Made by a program: the position numbers and the translations under genes. A stretch of DNA of 64,000 nt, taken from positions 59,148,001-59,212,000 of the forward strand of contig OX597819.1 of NCBI GenBank assembly GCA_951406725.2. Direction: 5' to 3'. Below, piece by piece: positions 52,545 through 63,121 of the stretch. The notes beneath the pieces were generated by a model that did not search any database, had not been told where the DNA came from, and saw only the letters and a list, made by a program, of their open reading frames with translations. Each line of letters begins with the position of its first letter. Position 1 is the first letter of the stretch. The stretch is from Octopus vulgaris. Its lineage: Eukaryota.

Positions 52545-53035
52545 GCCCAGCCCACTTATGCATGCCTTTCCTCCCTTGGACACAAAGACCTGTTGAGGCA
52601 AGCGAAGTCGATATAGAACCTCATCCGACGACAGGCACCCATGCCAACCCCCTTTGCTTGCGAAGACATGTTGGGGCAAGCGAAATCGAAATCGAATTGA
52701 ACCAGCCAGGATCCCTGGTCTGGTGGTACGTAAAAAGCACTATCCGACTCGTCGCTGATGCCAGCGCCGCCTCGACTGGCTTCCGTGCCGGTGGCACGTA
52801 AAATACACCAATCCGACCGTGGCCGTTGCCAGCCTCGCCTGGCACCTGTGCAGGTGGCACGTAAAAAGCACCCACTACACTCACAGAGTGGTTGGCGTTA
52901 GGAAGGGCATCCAGCTGTAGAAACATTGCCAGATAAGACTGGAGCTTGGTGCAGCCTTCTGGCTTCCCAGATCCCCGGTCAAACCGTCCAACCCATGCTA
53001 GCATGGAGAACGGACGTTAAACGATGATGATGATG
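50984..53035 (+). mobile_element. 5'-truncated RTE-clade LINE in NOB1 intron 1
   Basis: RT motifs NYRGIKLL, QFGF.PGKSTTDAIF, AFVDMEKAFDRV, GVHQGSVLSPLLF, LLYADDL, C-terminal RLRWYGHV and GRGRPRKTW; (GAT)n tail; probable TSD AAGCAT at 50978-50983 and 53036-53041. Confidence 0.95.
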
Positions 53036-53385
53036 AAGCATTCAAAATTGTCTCCCAATCCATCAGATGTGCTTATCAGAATCATAATGTAGTTTTTGTG
53101 ATGGTAAATTAGTGTTCATTGTTACACGTTTTTCATTTGATATTCAAAATTTTGGAAAAATTGACGCATTCTGCCCCATCCCACTGTAATATTTTAACTA
53201 AAATGCAGTTTTGATTCATTTTCTTAAAGTGAATTGATAAAACTTGTGTTATAATATTAAAGCTATTTGTAGCTTTAATAACATTAAAAATTGCCATATA
53301 TAGCTTTATTTTTATGGCAAATCATTCAAAGGTTTCCTACTTAAAGTGTATTCAACAAAAACCAAAAGAGCAGCAACATTTGACA

Positions 53386-53758
53386 AGGAGTGGCTGTGTT
53401 GTAAGTAGCTTGCTTACCAACCACATGGTTCCGGGTTCAGTCCCACTGCGTGGCACCTTGGGCAAGTGTCTTCTACTATAGCCTCGGGCCGACCAAAGCC
53501 TTGTGAGTGGATTTGGTAGACGGAAACTGAAAGAAGCCCGTCGCATATATGTGTATGTGTTTGTGTGTGTCCCCCAACATCGCTTGACAACTGATGCTGG
53601 TGTGTTTACGTCCCCGTAACTTAGCAGTTCGGCAAAAGAGGCCGCTAGAATAAGTACTAGGCTTACAAAGAATAAGTCCTGGGTTCGATTTGCTCAACTA
53701 AAAAAGTGGTGCTCCAGCATGGCCACAGTCAAATGACTGAAACAAGTAAGAGAGAGAG
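53386..53758 (+). mobile_element. SINE family A, young copy in NOB1 intron 1
   Basis: Full match to the family consensus. Confidence 0.92.
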
Positions 53759-53966
53759 CCTGAAATGCAGAATGGGTTGTTCAAATCACTTTTGGTTGTT
53801 TTTCAAATTGATCTCTTGTTGGTAAGTTGCTTAGTTACAAAAGCAATTGTCATTTCATTGTAAAATCATGTTTCAATTTTCTTTGTACCATTTTTAAGGT
53901 CTTCATATGTTAAACAGTGAAATATGGTAAACCATGTCTTTAAAATTTATGGATTAGGACAATATA

Positions 53967-55165
53967 CATGGTCTGATCAATAAGTATGTGGACTGTATGT
54001 TGCCATAGTAACAAAACTAAAGCATGCAGAATGAAGCCACTTGACACAGATTGACCTTGAACTCTGCTGTGCATGCACACTGTTTTAACGTTTTAGCTCA
54101 CTTCCGCTGTTGACAGCAGTGCTTGGAAGGAACATGTGTAGCATGCGATCATCACATTGACCATGACAGAGAGAATTTGCATCAAATTTTACCAAAAGCT
54201 TGGCAATACCTGCTCTGAGGCCTGTGCAGAGTTGCAGAAAGTGTATGGAAAGGAGTGAATGAGCTACACACAAGTGTACAATGGCTGAAAAAATGTCATT
54301 AGTGACAAACGTTCTGGGAAGCCCACAACCAGCAGAACTGAGAAAAACATCACAGATGTGCATGTAACTGTGAGGGGAAATCATCGAATCACCATACGTG
54401 AGTTATCAGAGGATGTGCAGATTAGTTACTGTTCAGTCCATTATCACTGAAGATTTGGGTATGAGGCATGTGTCTGCCAAGTTTGTGCCAAAACTGCTTT
54501 CAGCTGACCAAAAAGACACTTGGTTGGGTTTCAGTTGTAGAAGATCTCCTTGATTGTGTTGAGAACGATGAAAACTTTTTCAAAACAGTAATAACAGGTG
54601 ATAAACTGTGGGTCTATGGCTATGACCCCAAAACAAAGGCTCAGTCTTCGCAGTGAAAGACCCCAACCTCTCCTAGATTGAAGAAAGCACAAACCAATGT
54701 GAACTGTTGACTGTTTACTTCGACTACAAGAGGATTGTTCATCATGAGTATGCTCCACCTGGCCAGACCAATAAACAAGGAGTACTACCATGATGCTTTG
54801 TGGCGTTTGTGGGATGCTATTCATCGGAAAAGGCCACAATTGCATGCATCCAGTGAATAGCAACTACACCATGACAACGCAGCAGTTTTTGGTTAGGCAT
54901 AGCATTCCCCAGGTCCAACAGCCACCACATTACCCAGATCTTTCCCCTTGTGACTTTTTCCTCTTTCCAAATATCAAAGTGAATGCAATGAGGCAACTGC
55001 TGATTATCCCAGAGTTCCAGGAACACTTATTTCAATGGAAACAGTGCTGGATCAAGTGTGTGACTTCCGAAGAGGACTACTTTGAAGGAGATTAAATGCC
55101 AAATTGATACATGTTGTAGTTCTGTTTTTATAAAACCAGTCTGGATAGTTATTGATCAGACCTCA
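53967..55165 (+). mobile_element. Near full-length decayed mariner transposon
   Basis: About 29-bp TIRs (GGTCTGATCAATAAGTAT / ATAGTTATTGATCAGACC) flanked by TA; fragments RICIKF..KLG, ITGDKLWVYGYDPKTKAQSSQ and YPDLSPCDFFLFP; many frameshifts and stops. Confidence 0.93.
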
Positions 55166-55281
55166 TATCTAAACATGTAACCATTCATTTTGTACTGTTT
55201 TTGCTCTTTAAACAATTTCATTTCTTTTGCCTTTAAAAGAATTCAGGATTCAAATATTTGTATACTATTTTAATTATTCAG

Positions 55282-55414
55282 CGCATTGGAGAAAATATTT
55301 ACACTATCAAAGAAGTTCTTTCTGAAGTTATCGACAAAAACACCAGAGACAGGCTACAAGTTTTGCCTTATGAAGTACTGTTTCGAGAACCAAACAATGA
55401 AGCTATTCATAGAG
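55282..55414 (+). CDS. NOB1: NOB1 coding exon 2 (RIGENIYTIKEVLSEVIDKNTRDRLQVLPYEVLFREPNNEAIHR)
   Basis: TTCAG acceptor, GTATAT donor, 133 nt, phase 0 to 1; matches the NOB1 pattern YT..EV..E..D..TR.RL.VLPY.L.F.EP. Confidence 0.95.
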
Positions 55415-56035
55415 GTATATTAATTTTCATTTGTGTTTATTTTATTTTCCCCTAACTTAGTCTCACATTTTCTTAAATAAAATTTTAGATGTTTACATTT
55501 GAGATTTTAAAATTTTTTCATGGATAATTTTATTGCAGCCACTAAACTTTATACATTTAAAAAAAAATATTTTGAAAACTTAGGGAGGAACAGATATTTC
55601 CACCAATGGTTTTTGTCATTCTGTTCATATTCTAGCTTGTGGGGACGAGAGGTTCAAATACCTGTTGTGTAGTACTTAATTCTGAGCCCCGTACAATACT
55701 TATTGAAGATTGTAAGCCTAAAATTTATGAATCAGCTTCTAGGCTTGTATTCATTAATAAATACTGCATAATGCTCTGAAATACTTCATGCAAATACATT
55801 TACAAAATTGCCTCCCTCCCTCTCACACACATACATGCATACACTGTTGCATATTACTATCACCAAAGATTTGCAATAGTTTGAACTCATCCATTGAACC
55901 AATGATCCTGTACTTTAATTCCTTGATCACTATATTCTGTGAAACTTTAGCCAAAAACTTGTATGTTTTCTTCAAGCATATTGTTTTTTTTCTTTTACTT
56001 TTTCCTAACTTTTTCCATAATATGTATATTTCCAG

Positions 56036-56169
56036 TCACTGAATTTTCTAAGAAAACTGGTGATTACCGGAGTTTATCTGCTGTAGATCTTCGTCTCATT
56101 GCTTTAACCTACCAATTAGAAAAGGAGCAAAATGGTGACGCTCATATAAAAACAGAGCCAACAAGAAAG
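56036..56169 (+). CDS. NOB1: NOB1 coding exon 3 (VTEFSKKTGDYRSLSAVDLRLIALTYQLEKEQNGDAHIKTEPTRK)
   Basis: Long pyrimidine tract and CCAG acceptor; diagnostic FSKKTGDY.SLS..D...IALTYQLE motif; 134 nt, phase 1 to 0; GTTTTT donor. Confidence 0.96.
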
Positions 56170-56222
56170 GTTTTTTATTTTTCATCGAATTTATATATGT
56201 GTGTGTGTGTGTTAGTCTAGAG

Positions 56223-56394
56223 CAGCACTTCTTAAACTATGGGCCTCAAACCCAATTGGGGGTCGCGAAAATTGAATTCATACACTTGAATTTCAGCTTG
56301 TATGTTATTTCACAATTGCATATTTAATACCTTGGGTCACGAAAAATCTCGTGATGAAAAATGGGGTCATGAATGAAAAGTTTAAGAAGCACTG
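56223..56394. mobile_element. hAT (Charlie-like) MITE in NOB1 intron 3
   Basis: TIR CAGCACTTCTTAAACT / AGTTTAAGAAGCACTG; TSD GTCTAGAG/GTCTAGAA fits the NTCTAGAN consensus. Confidence 0.9.
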
Positions 56395-57425
56395 GTCTAG
56401 AATTATTGGAAATTTGAGTGTTTGCTTGAATATCAACACAGAAAAGTTCAAGCATTACTATATTCATGTTGTAAAAGACTTAGTTGGAACTCACCAATAA
56501 ATACTCTGTGCAAAGTGTACACAAGGTGTACTGTGGTGATTCTAGAAGACTGACACAAAGGTTGGCCTCCAGTTGGTTTTGATGTACATGAGTGAGCAGC
56601 AAGGGAAGAAATATTAGATAGCTCTAATATTTAAGCTGCATAATTGGTGCTAGAGGGGATTCATGAAACTTCATTAATAAGAGTAAGAAAGGGAAGAGAA
56701 ATTCAGGGATTTTCTCAGTTTGTAACAAAAGATTTCTGTCTTCTGGCAAATGGCAAGCTATATGAAACAGTGTCTTCAAGATACAAACTTATTGTGAATT
56801 CTTTAATTCTCCCCACTCCTAAAACATTCCATCAATAGTTCACTGAGGTTCTAGTGGGTTTTTTTTTTGTTTTGCTTCCTACAATGTTCTACCTATTTCT
56901 TGCTCTATATATCATATTTTTGTTTAGTCCTATATGCAGACTTTCTTTACAAAAAATTTAATTCCTTTCTATTGCATGCATTCTTGTCAAATATTAGTTA
57001 CAAATTCCTCATATTCTCTTTTGAGCCATTATGTGAAGACAAGGTTCTCAATGTTATTCCAGCAAGCACAACAAATATTGGTTACTGGATATTATGCTTG
57101 ATTGTAGCCTGAAGAACTAAGAAGATTGTACAAGGATGCAGAATGAAATTATTTTAATGAGTTCTAAATCTAATCACTTCAAGGTCAAAGCACCTTTAGA
57201 GCCAAGATGTCATTGTCTTACCACCTCCTCAGAACTTATTGAATCTGAATGGTCCTTCATAAAATTACTAAAGTATAATAATGACTTTCATTTTTGCTAC
57301 TAGGCCAGTTTACCTTCTCTCTTCATCTGTTTCACCTATAGTAATACGAGTGAAAGTATATTTCATAAAAAGACTATTAAACACTTTAGACAGTACAATT
57401 GTTTTGTTTTCTTTTTTATTTCAAG

Positions 57426-57500
57426 ACCAACTGGATCAATGCAAGAAACCCACTCGGAAAAGTAACTGATATTGCTGGTTTTTATTTAGATTCTAAACAG
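57426..57500 (+). CDS. NOB1: NOB1 coding exon 4 (TNWINARNPLGKVTDIAGFYLDSKQ)
   Basis: T-rich tract and AAG acceptor, CAG|GTATAG donor, 75 nt, phase 0-0; IAGFY matches the conserved GF[YH] linker motif of NOB1. Confidence 0.85.
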
Positions 57501-58329
57501 GTATAGTTGTTGTTTTGTTGTTTTCCTTTTGATAGTTACCTATGAATTACCTGAATAAGTCATTCTACAATAAAATATTCTCTATTTTAATACTAATCAC
57601 TGTACTCTGAAGTAAATGTGAGCTTTCTTTCCCAGCATTGGATGTTATGTCATGTCTACCTTATAATAGTTTGGTTGGTTAATCTTGCAATCTGTATCCA
57701 AATCCTGAATTTTGTAACCAGATGTTTATAAAAATTGATGAAAAGGAAATTTCTCATTTTCTTGAAACTGTACAGAAGCTTATGTGTGTGTGTGCACATC
57801 CTTGAATGTTTATTTTTGCATGTCTTCACATAAGCAGTGTGTAGGCAGATGGTATTATGATTATGTCCATTAGCTTGTTAGCACAAGTCAGTTATTTGAA
57901 AATTGAAAGTCTTAGCTCCACCTTCCATTTCAAGGCTGCAATTCCAAATTTGGTTTAGAGTAAGGCTAAAAATAATTCTTTGCCTTCAGAAGTAATTCTT
58001 AACCTTTAACTGCACTGGACTTGAAGTTCCCCTGTGTTCTCTTTTGCCACTTGGTAGGATGACATGGAAAGTGATCAGCTGAAACCCTTGGGTATTTTCT
58101 CAAGCTCCTAAGGGCCAAGATTTTTTTTTGAGGGACAAAAAGCAGAATTTTAATTCAGAATGCACATAGCCAAACATAGACTTCATGTCATTGCCTGCCT
58201 CACTTTTTTTCCCCATCAATCCTAAAAGGATGAAAAGTAAAGTAAGCCCTGTGTGGAATTTTGAACTCTGAGACATTATCTACCAATTGGATGTCATGTG
58301 TGTATATATTTATTTATATATATAAATAT

Positions 58330-58374
<45 letters not shown>

Positions 58375-58696
58375 TGTATATATACCCAGGCCTACTCTCC
58401 GTTTTTTTTAGGAGTGGGTAGCCACAAGACACATGCCAGGCATTCCATTCATTTCCCAGCTCAAAGAAGCGAGCCCCATCCTATGCTTGGGTCCAGGCAT
58501 AGAACACAACCCCCAATATTAGAAGCAGGGCCTGACAGCGTATGCTGGTTCCATACCCCTTTGAGTGACATCAAATTCGCTTATCCATTCACAAACACTC
58601 TCCAGGCTTTCCTATCATTTATAAACTCCAATGTATTCAATTTGTCCAACTTATATATATATATAAATATAAATAATTTTATTTTATTTTTTGTAG

Positions 58697-59032
58697 AACC
58701 ATGAAACAGTAGATAAAGATGAAGAGAAAAATTTGGATGTACTTGAAAAAGATTCAATACAAAATGAAAGATTAGAACAAGGAGATGTGCTTTCTGAAAA
58801 AGATATTGAACCAGTTTCCAATGAAGAGGAATCAGATAATGATGAGAATGGAGAAAACAATTATGAAAATGATATAGATGATGGTGAAGATGATGACGAC
58901 GACGATGATGATGATGATGAAGGATGGATTACACCAGAGAACATTGGTTCGCTAAAACAGAAAATTGAGCCTGAGGAAATAGAACCTGTTAATGTAACAG
59001 TCGGTTGTTTAACATCAGATTTTGCAATGCAG
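58697..59032 (+). CDS. NOB1: NOB1 coding exon 5 (acidic linker, GWITPENI motif, VGCLTSDFAMQ)
   Basis: TTGTAG acceptor, CAG|GTTTGT donor, 336 nt, phase 0-0; poly-Asp tract followed by the WIT motif and T.DFAMQ, which are NOB1 hallmarks. Confidence 0.95.
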
Positions 59033-60756
59033 GTTTGTCACCATTTTGATTTATGAATCAATACTTTACCTCTCTTAGATTTCTCACTTCTTTTCCTATC
59101 CTGATCTAGTTTTCTTTTTCACTATTCTTTCAGAGTGTTTATTTTTGACATACACCACAATGAGAAATACATTTTTAAGTGCAGGTACAGCTGACTTAAA
59201 ACTTGTAGCTGTTTGTTTACCCTTGCATAACACTGGTCTGGTCTGTGCGTGGTCAAAATATTCCCACTGCTACCATTCCATTTGTTTTTTATTTTTGGTT
59301 AAAATAGGGACAGGCTTAGCTGTGTAGTTAAGAAGTTCACTTCTCAACTACAAGGTTTCAGGTTCAGTCTTTGAGCAAGCATAAACTAAAGCCCCAGGCC
59401 AACCAAACCCTTATGATTGGATTTGGTAGACAGCAACTGAAGAAGCCTGCCATATGTGTGTGTGAGATTCTTTGTTTACATATTGTTCAAAACACATGAA
59501 TAAAGTGTCACCATTATTCAAGCAATATTCTTTGTTTCCTGTCTGCTGTGCAGAAATTTCTGGCCATGGGGAAATATTACCTTACTTGGAAAACAGTTGT
59601 CAACAGGAATGACACCCAACCATAGAAAATCTGCTTCAATTAATTCTTCCTCATCCATGCAATCATAGAAAAGTGGATATTGAAATGATGAGTGGGAGGA
59701 TGCAGTTAAGGAGCAGAATAGGTCTTCAAAGCCAATTAGTGAATGTAATGAGCCTGTTTGGTGTTATTAGACCTCTTCAGCAAAGCATATTTTACTCATC
59801 GAGACTAGAAGTGATCATAATTACTCTTACCAACTGAGTAGAATGTACTTTGATAATAAGATCAAATAAGACCAAAACATAGCATGTATGGATTCCTATA
59901 AATGCATGCTGTGTTGCAAAATAACCAACTTCATCTGACCAGTCATGTCATCTGCATGAACGTTATACACATACCAAAATAACTACTGTATGGCAAGCTT
60001 GCTATAGGGAATAGAACAGTCAATGATCAGAAAAAGTACTGAAGGCTAGCCTGGACAAAACTTTAAAAGCCATGGGCATTGACACAAAATTCTGAGAACT
60101 GACCCCTATATTACACCTTCATCAGGAAAAGTGCAAAATCTTCACGAGGGACTGGGTATTTTCTCCATAGCCTGCAACATTTAGGCAGGAGAAACTAAAT
60201 CTGAGTTCTGCATGGCCCCATCAGTCAGCACATCAAATGTATCCAACATGACCATTATTTTCATGCCTCATTAGCCATCTACAGGCACTTAAAATCCAAT
60301 CATTTGTGTGCATCACCAGCGGATGAACATGCATTTCTAAATTACTTGGTTTAAATATATGTGTAGGTGGACACCATAACAAAGCCAAGATGACAGATTT
60401 AAATCTTCCTATTTAGCAAAATTTTCTTTTGTTGAAGTATTGTTTATGATTAGTTTTGTTATAACCTGCTCGACCACTTTGGCTTATTATACATTCATTC
60501 AGCAGTGAGATTATTACATTTATTAGTGCTTCATTTAAGCTCTCCTCTTTCTTTTCTCTCTCTCTTTAATCTATTGAAACTTTACACACTGTTGTATCAT
60601 GTTATGTTATCAAAGCCTGCTAACTTTTTATACATGGTCATTATAAAGTTCTTGTGCTATTTAATCATTTTATAACTTAAGTTCTGTCTATGGTAGAATT
60701 AATCTAAAAGCCTGATGCTACACCTATTGTCACTAGTCAAAAAATACAACTGTTAA

Positions 60757-60985
60757 TCCATCCATCTTCTCCACCAACTGTTGTTAGGATAGATTCCTCA
60801 GGCACCTCTTCCATTGGGTCCTGTCTGAAGCAATTTTCCTTGCACTTTCTGCTTGGATTCCCATACTTGACTAACTGAGACTATGGATATTATCCAACCA
60901 TCTCCTTCTTGGCCTACTTCTAGGTCTCCTGTCAATTGGCTTGGCTCAAAGAATCCATCTTGTGATTCTTTCCTGTGATATTTTC
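60757..60985 (-). mobile_element. Old RTE-like LINE 3' fragment
   Basis: Clear similarity to 22565-22800 (ATCCATCCATCTTCTCC...GGATATTATCCAACCA...TTGTGATTCTTTCCTGTGA). Confidence 0.7.
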
Positions 60986-61084
60986 ATTGACAAATGCACT
61001 GAACTTTTCCATGGATTAATTCTACAGTACATAAAACTAAATTATAATTGCAACAAAAGGCCTCTCTCTCTCACAGTGAAAAGT

Positions 61085-61126
61085 AACCACTACGCCATAT
61101 GCCCAAGGGCATATGGCGTAGTGGTT
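61085..61126. repeat. Perfect 20-bp palindrome with 2-nt spacer
   Basis: AACCACTACGCCATATGCCC-AA-GGGCATATGGCGTAGTGGTT. Confidence 0.97.
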
Positions 61127-61252
61127 TCCCCAAGACACCTAAAGAAAACTGAGTGGGTATATCAGCCGAAACATTGTGTTAACAACAAACAAGATGAGGA
61201 CAGTCGAATGTAAATAATGTACATAATTCCTCATCTCTTAAATATAGAACTG
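61127..61252 (+). mobile_element. Penelope-like terminal repeat fragment with degenerate hammerhead
   Basis: ACACCTAAAGAAAACTGA...TCAGCCGAAACATTGTGT is a mutated CTGANGA/stem II/GAAAC arrangement. Confidence 0.5.
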
Positions 61253-61659
61253 TAAAATAAGTACCAGTTGAGTACTGGGGTCACTGTAATTGATGTATCC
61301 CCTCCCCTGAAATTGCTGGCATTTAGAATCAATATTTATCAATTTCGTGTATTTGTTTTTTCTGTTCTCAAAATATTTTATTCTCACCAATAATGCCTAT
61401 CACCTTTTCCTCAGTTTATTTTGTATACTTTTAGTCATTGAATTGTTGCCATGTGTGGTTCTATGGGATTGGTTCTCATTTCTTTCATTCCTGAATATTG
61501 TTTGCCATTTTCACTTACCTCCATGAATGCTTCTTTTATTACTGCCCATTAACTGGTTTGACCCAGTTATAACTATTTCAATATCCTGTTTCAGAATTTC
61601 CCTTGTATATAAACCAGTTATAGTGTGTCATTTATTTAAAAATTCAACTTTTTTTTTTC

Positions 61660-62215
61660 CGGGTATGGCTGTTGTTAAGAAGCTCACTTTGCAACCAAAT
61701 AGTTTCAAGTTCAATCCCACTGCACAACACCTTGGGCAAGTGTCTTCTACTATAGCCCAGGGCTGACCAAAACCTTTGAGTAAATTTGGTAGTCAGAAGC
61801 TGAAAGAAATAAGGCAACAAGCTGGCAGAAGTGTTAGTACACCAGGCAAAATGCTTAGTGGTATTCCGTCTGCTGTTACGTTGTATGTTCAAATTCCGCC
61901 GAGGTCGACTTTGCCTTTCATCCTTTTGGGGTCGATAAATTAAATACCAGTTACACACTGGGGTCGATCTAATTGACTTAATCCCTTTGTTTGTCCCCTC
62001 TATGTTTAGCCCGCAAGGGGCTAAACATAGAGGTAATAAAGAAATAAGAAACTGAAAGAAGCTTGTCATTGTGTGTGTGTGTGTGTGTCTCGTCCTGACA
62101 TGACTCAATAGTTGTAAACAAGCATCGTCATCATGCAAGTGATTTCATTCATTTCCAATCTTCCATGGAAGTATGCCCAGCCATTGGAACCTGTTTCCGG
62201 CCTTGCTTTGAAACA
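61660..62215 (+). mobile_element. SINE with family A-type head, interrupted by a family B SINE
   Basis: Head at 61660-61808 resumes at 62048 after the insert. Confidence 0.75.
61809..62047 (+). mobile_element. SINE family B (Nin/Deu-like core) nested in another SINE
   Basis: GTTCAAATTCC B-box; core GCCTTTCATCCTTT.GGGGTCGATAAA..AGTACCAG; 13-bp TSD GAAGCTGAAAGAA/GAAACTGAAAGAA. Confidence 0.85.
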
Positions 62216-62592
62216 GATACGGGTTGTCAATAGGAAGGACATCTGACTCATACTATCACGAAAAAGTGGGTGTTAAAATGGTGATGGTAATGATGCTTAA
62301 CAGACTCTGGTGGGAAAAAGCTACCAATTATTATGTAATTAAGTCTACTGATGTATCCTGGTTAAGTAATGTAAATTATTTCTACTCTAGTCACAAGGCC
62401 TTGGAAATTTGGTGGGGGCGGGGGGCTAGTTGATTACATCAACCCCAGTGCATAACTGGTACTTATTTTATTGACACCAAGAGGGATAAAAGGCATGCTA
62501 ACAAATTCTGCCAGCTTTAAGTAATATTAATAACGTATAGTTTAAATCCTTTCTTGTGTACCTTTAAGATTTTATTTTATTTTAATTTTCAG

Positions 62593-62690
62593 AATGTCCT
62601 TATTCAAATGGGTTTGAATGTTCTGTCAGTCGATGGTCTTCTCATCAAACAAGCAAAAAGTTATGTACTCAGGTGTTCAGCTTGTATGAA
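62593..62690 (+). CDS. NOB1: NOB1 coding exon 6 (NVLIQMGLNVLSVDGLLIKQAKSYVLRCSACM(K)); start of zinc ribbon; gene continues beyond the window
   Basis: TTTTCAG acceptor, GTAAGT donor, 98 nt; completes DFAMQ|NVL.QMGL and carries the LRCxxC zinc-ribbon half. Confidence 0.96.
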
Positions 62691-63121
62691 GTAAGTTTTT
62701 CAGTTAAATAAATGATGAAAGAAAGCATTTATAAAACATGCTTGTATTGCCTTTATTATTTTGAGTATCATAGAAGTGGGTTCTTATTAAATGTTGTCTG
62801 ATTTTGTTTCTTAGTTAAAGATAAATCACTTTATTTATGTCCTTGAAGGCAGGCATGTGAAATGGTCTTATTTCCTTTTGCTGTAAAATTGAGGCCTTGT
62901 GCATTTAATCATTATTACACTTCTTTTAGTATGGTTACTGATGATTTATTAAAATATCTTTTGTCCTGGGTATGACTATAGACTGCATCTGGTAATAGGG
63001 CCTTGGCAGGGGAGTTCCAGGATTTTCAGCTAAGTTGAACCACCTCTTAGCCACTATTCTTCCCAGGTCTACTCTGACCCAGAGTAGTAGCACTTGTTAG
63101 GGCCCCAGCTATGGGTTAACT

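Larger units (their letters stand above)
49902..53186 (+). mobile_element. Internally deleted Tc1/pogo-like DNA transposon remnant interrupted by the RTE
   Basis: Imperfect TIRs TTGTGGAGAATGGGGCATAATGAGTCA and reverse complement CAGTGGGATGGGGCAGAATGCGTCA, each flanked by TA; decayed basic/acidic region and Cys-rich end (C.IC...WLLCDLCDDYGCSKC...CFCKKC*) at about 50400-50745. Confidence 0.65.

Noticed and set aside
52715-52875. CRISPR-like repeat-spacer appearance of the GGTGGCACGTAAAAAGCACC units
   Set aside because: Eukaryotic LINE 3' UTR, only three imperfect units with related spacers, and no cas genes.
52621-53004. 127-aa minus-strand ORF and related ORFs at 49561, 13262 and 9349
   Set aside because: They are translations of the repeated RTE 3' UTR, not genes.
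58261-58704. 147-aa ORF overlapping the NOB1 exon 5 acceptor
   Set aside because: It runs through a TA microsatellite and intronic repeat, out of frame with NOB1.
62712-62801. C/D snoRNA-like box pair (ATGATGA ... CTGA) in a NOB1 intron
   Set aside because: It starts only about 20 nt after the 5' splice site, I recognise no rRNA-complementary guide, and such boxes are frequent by chance in AT-rich DNA.
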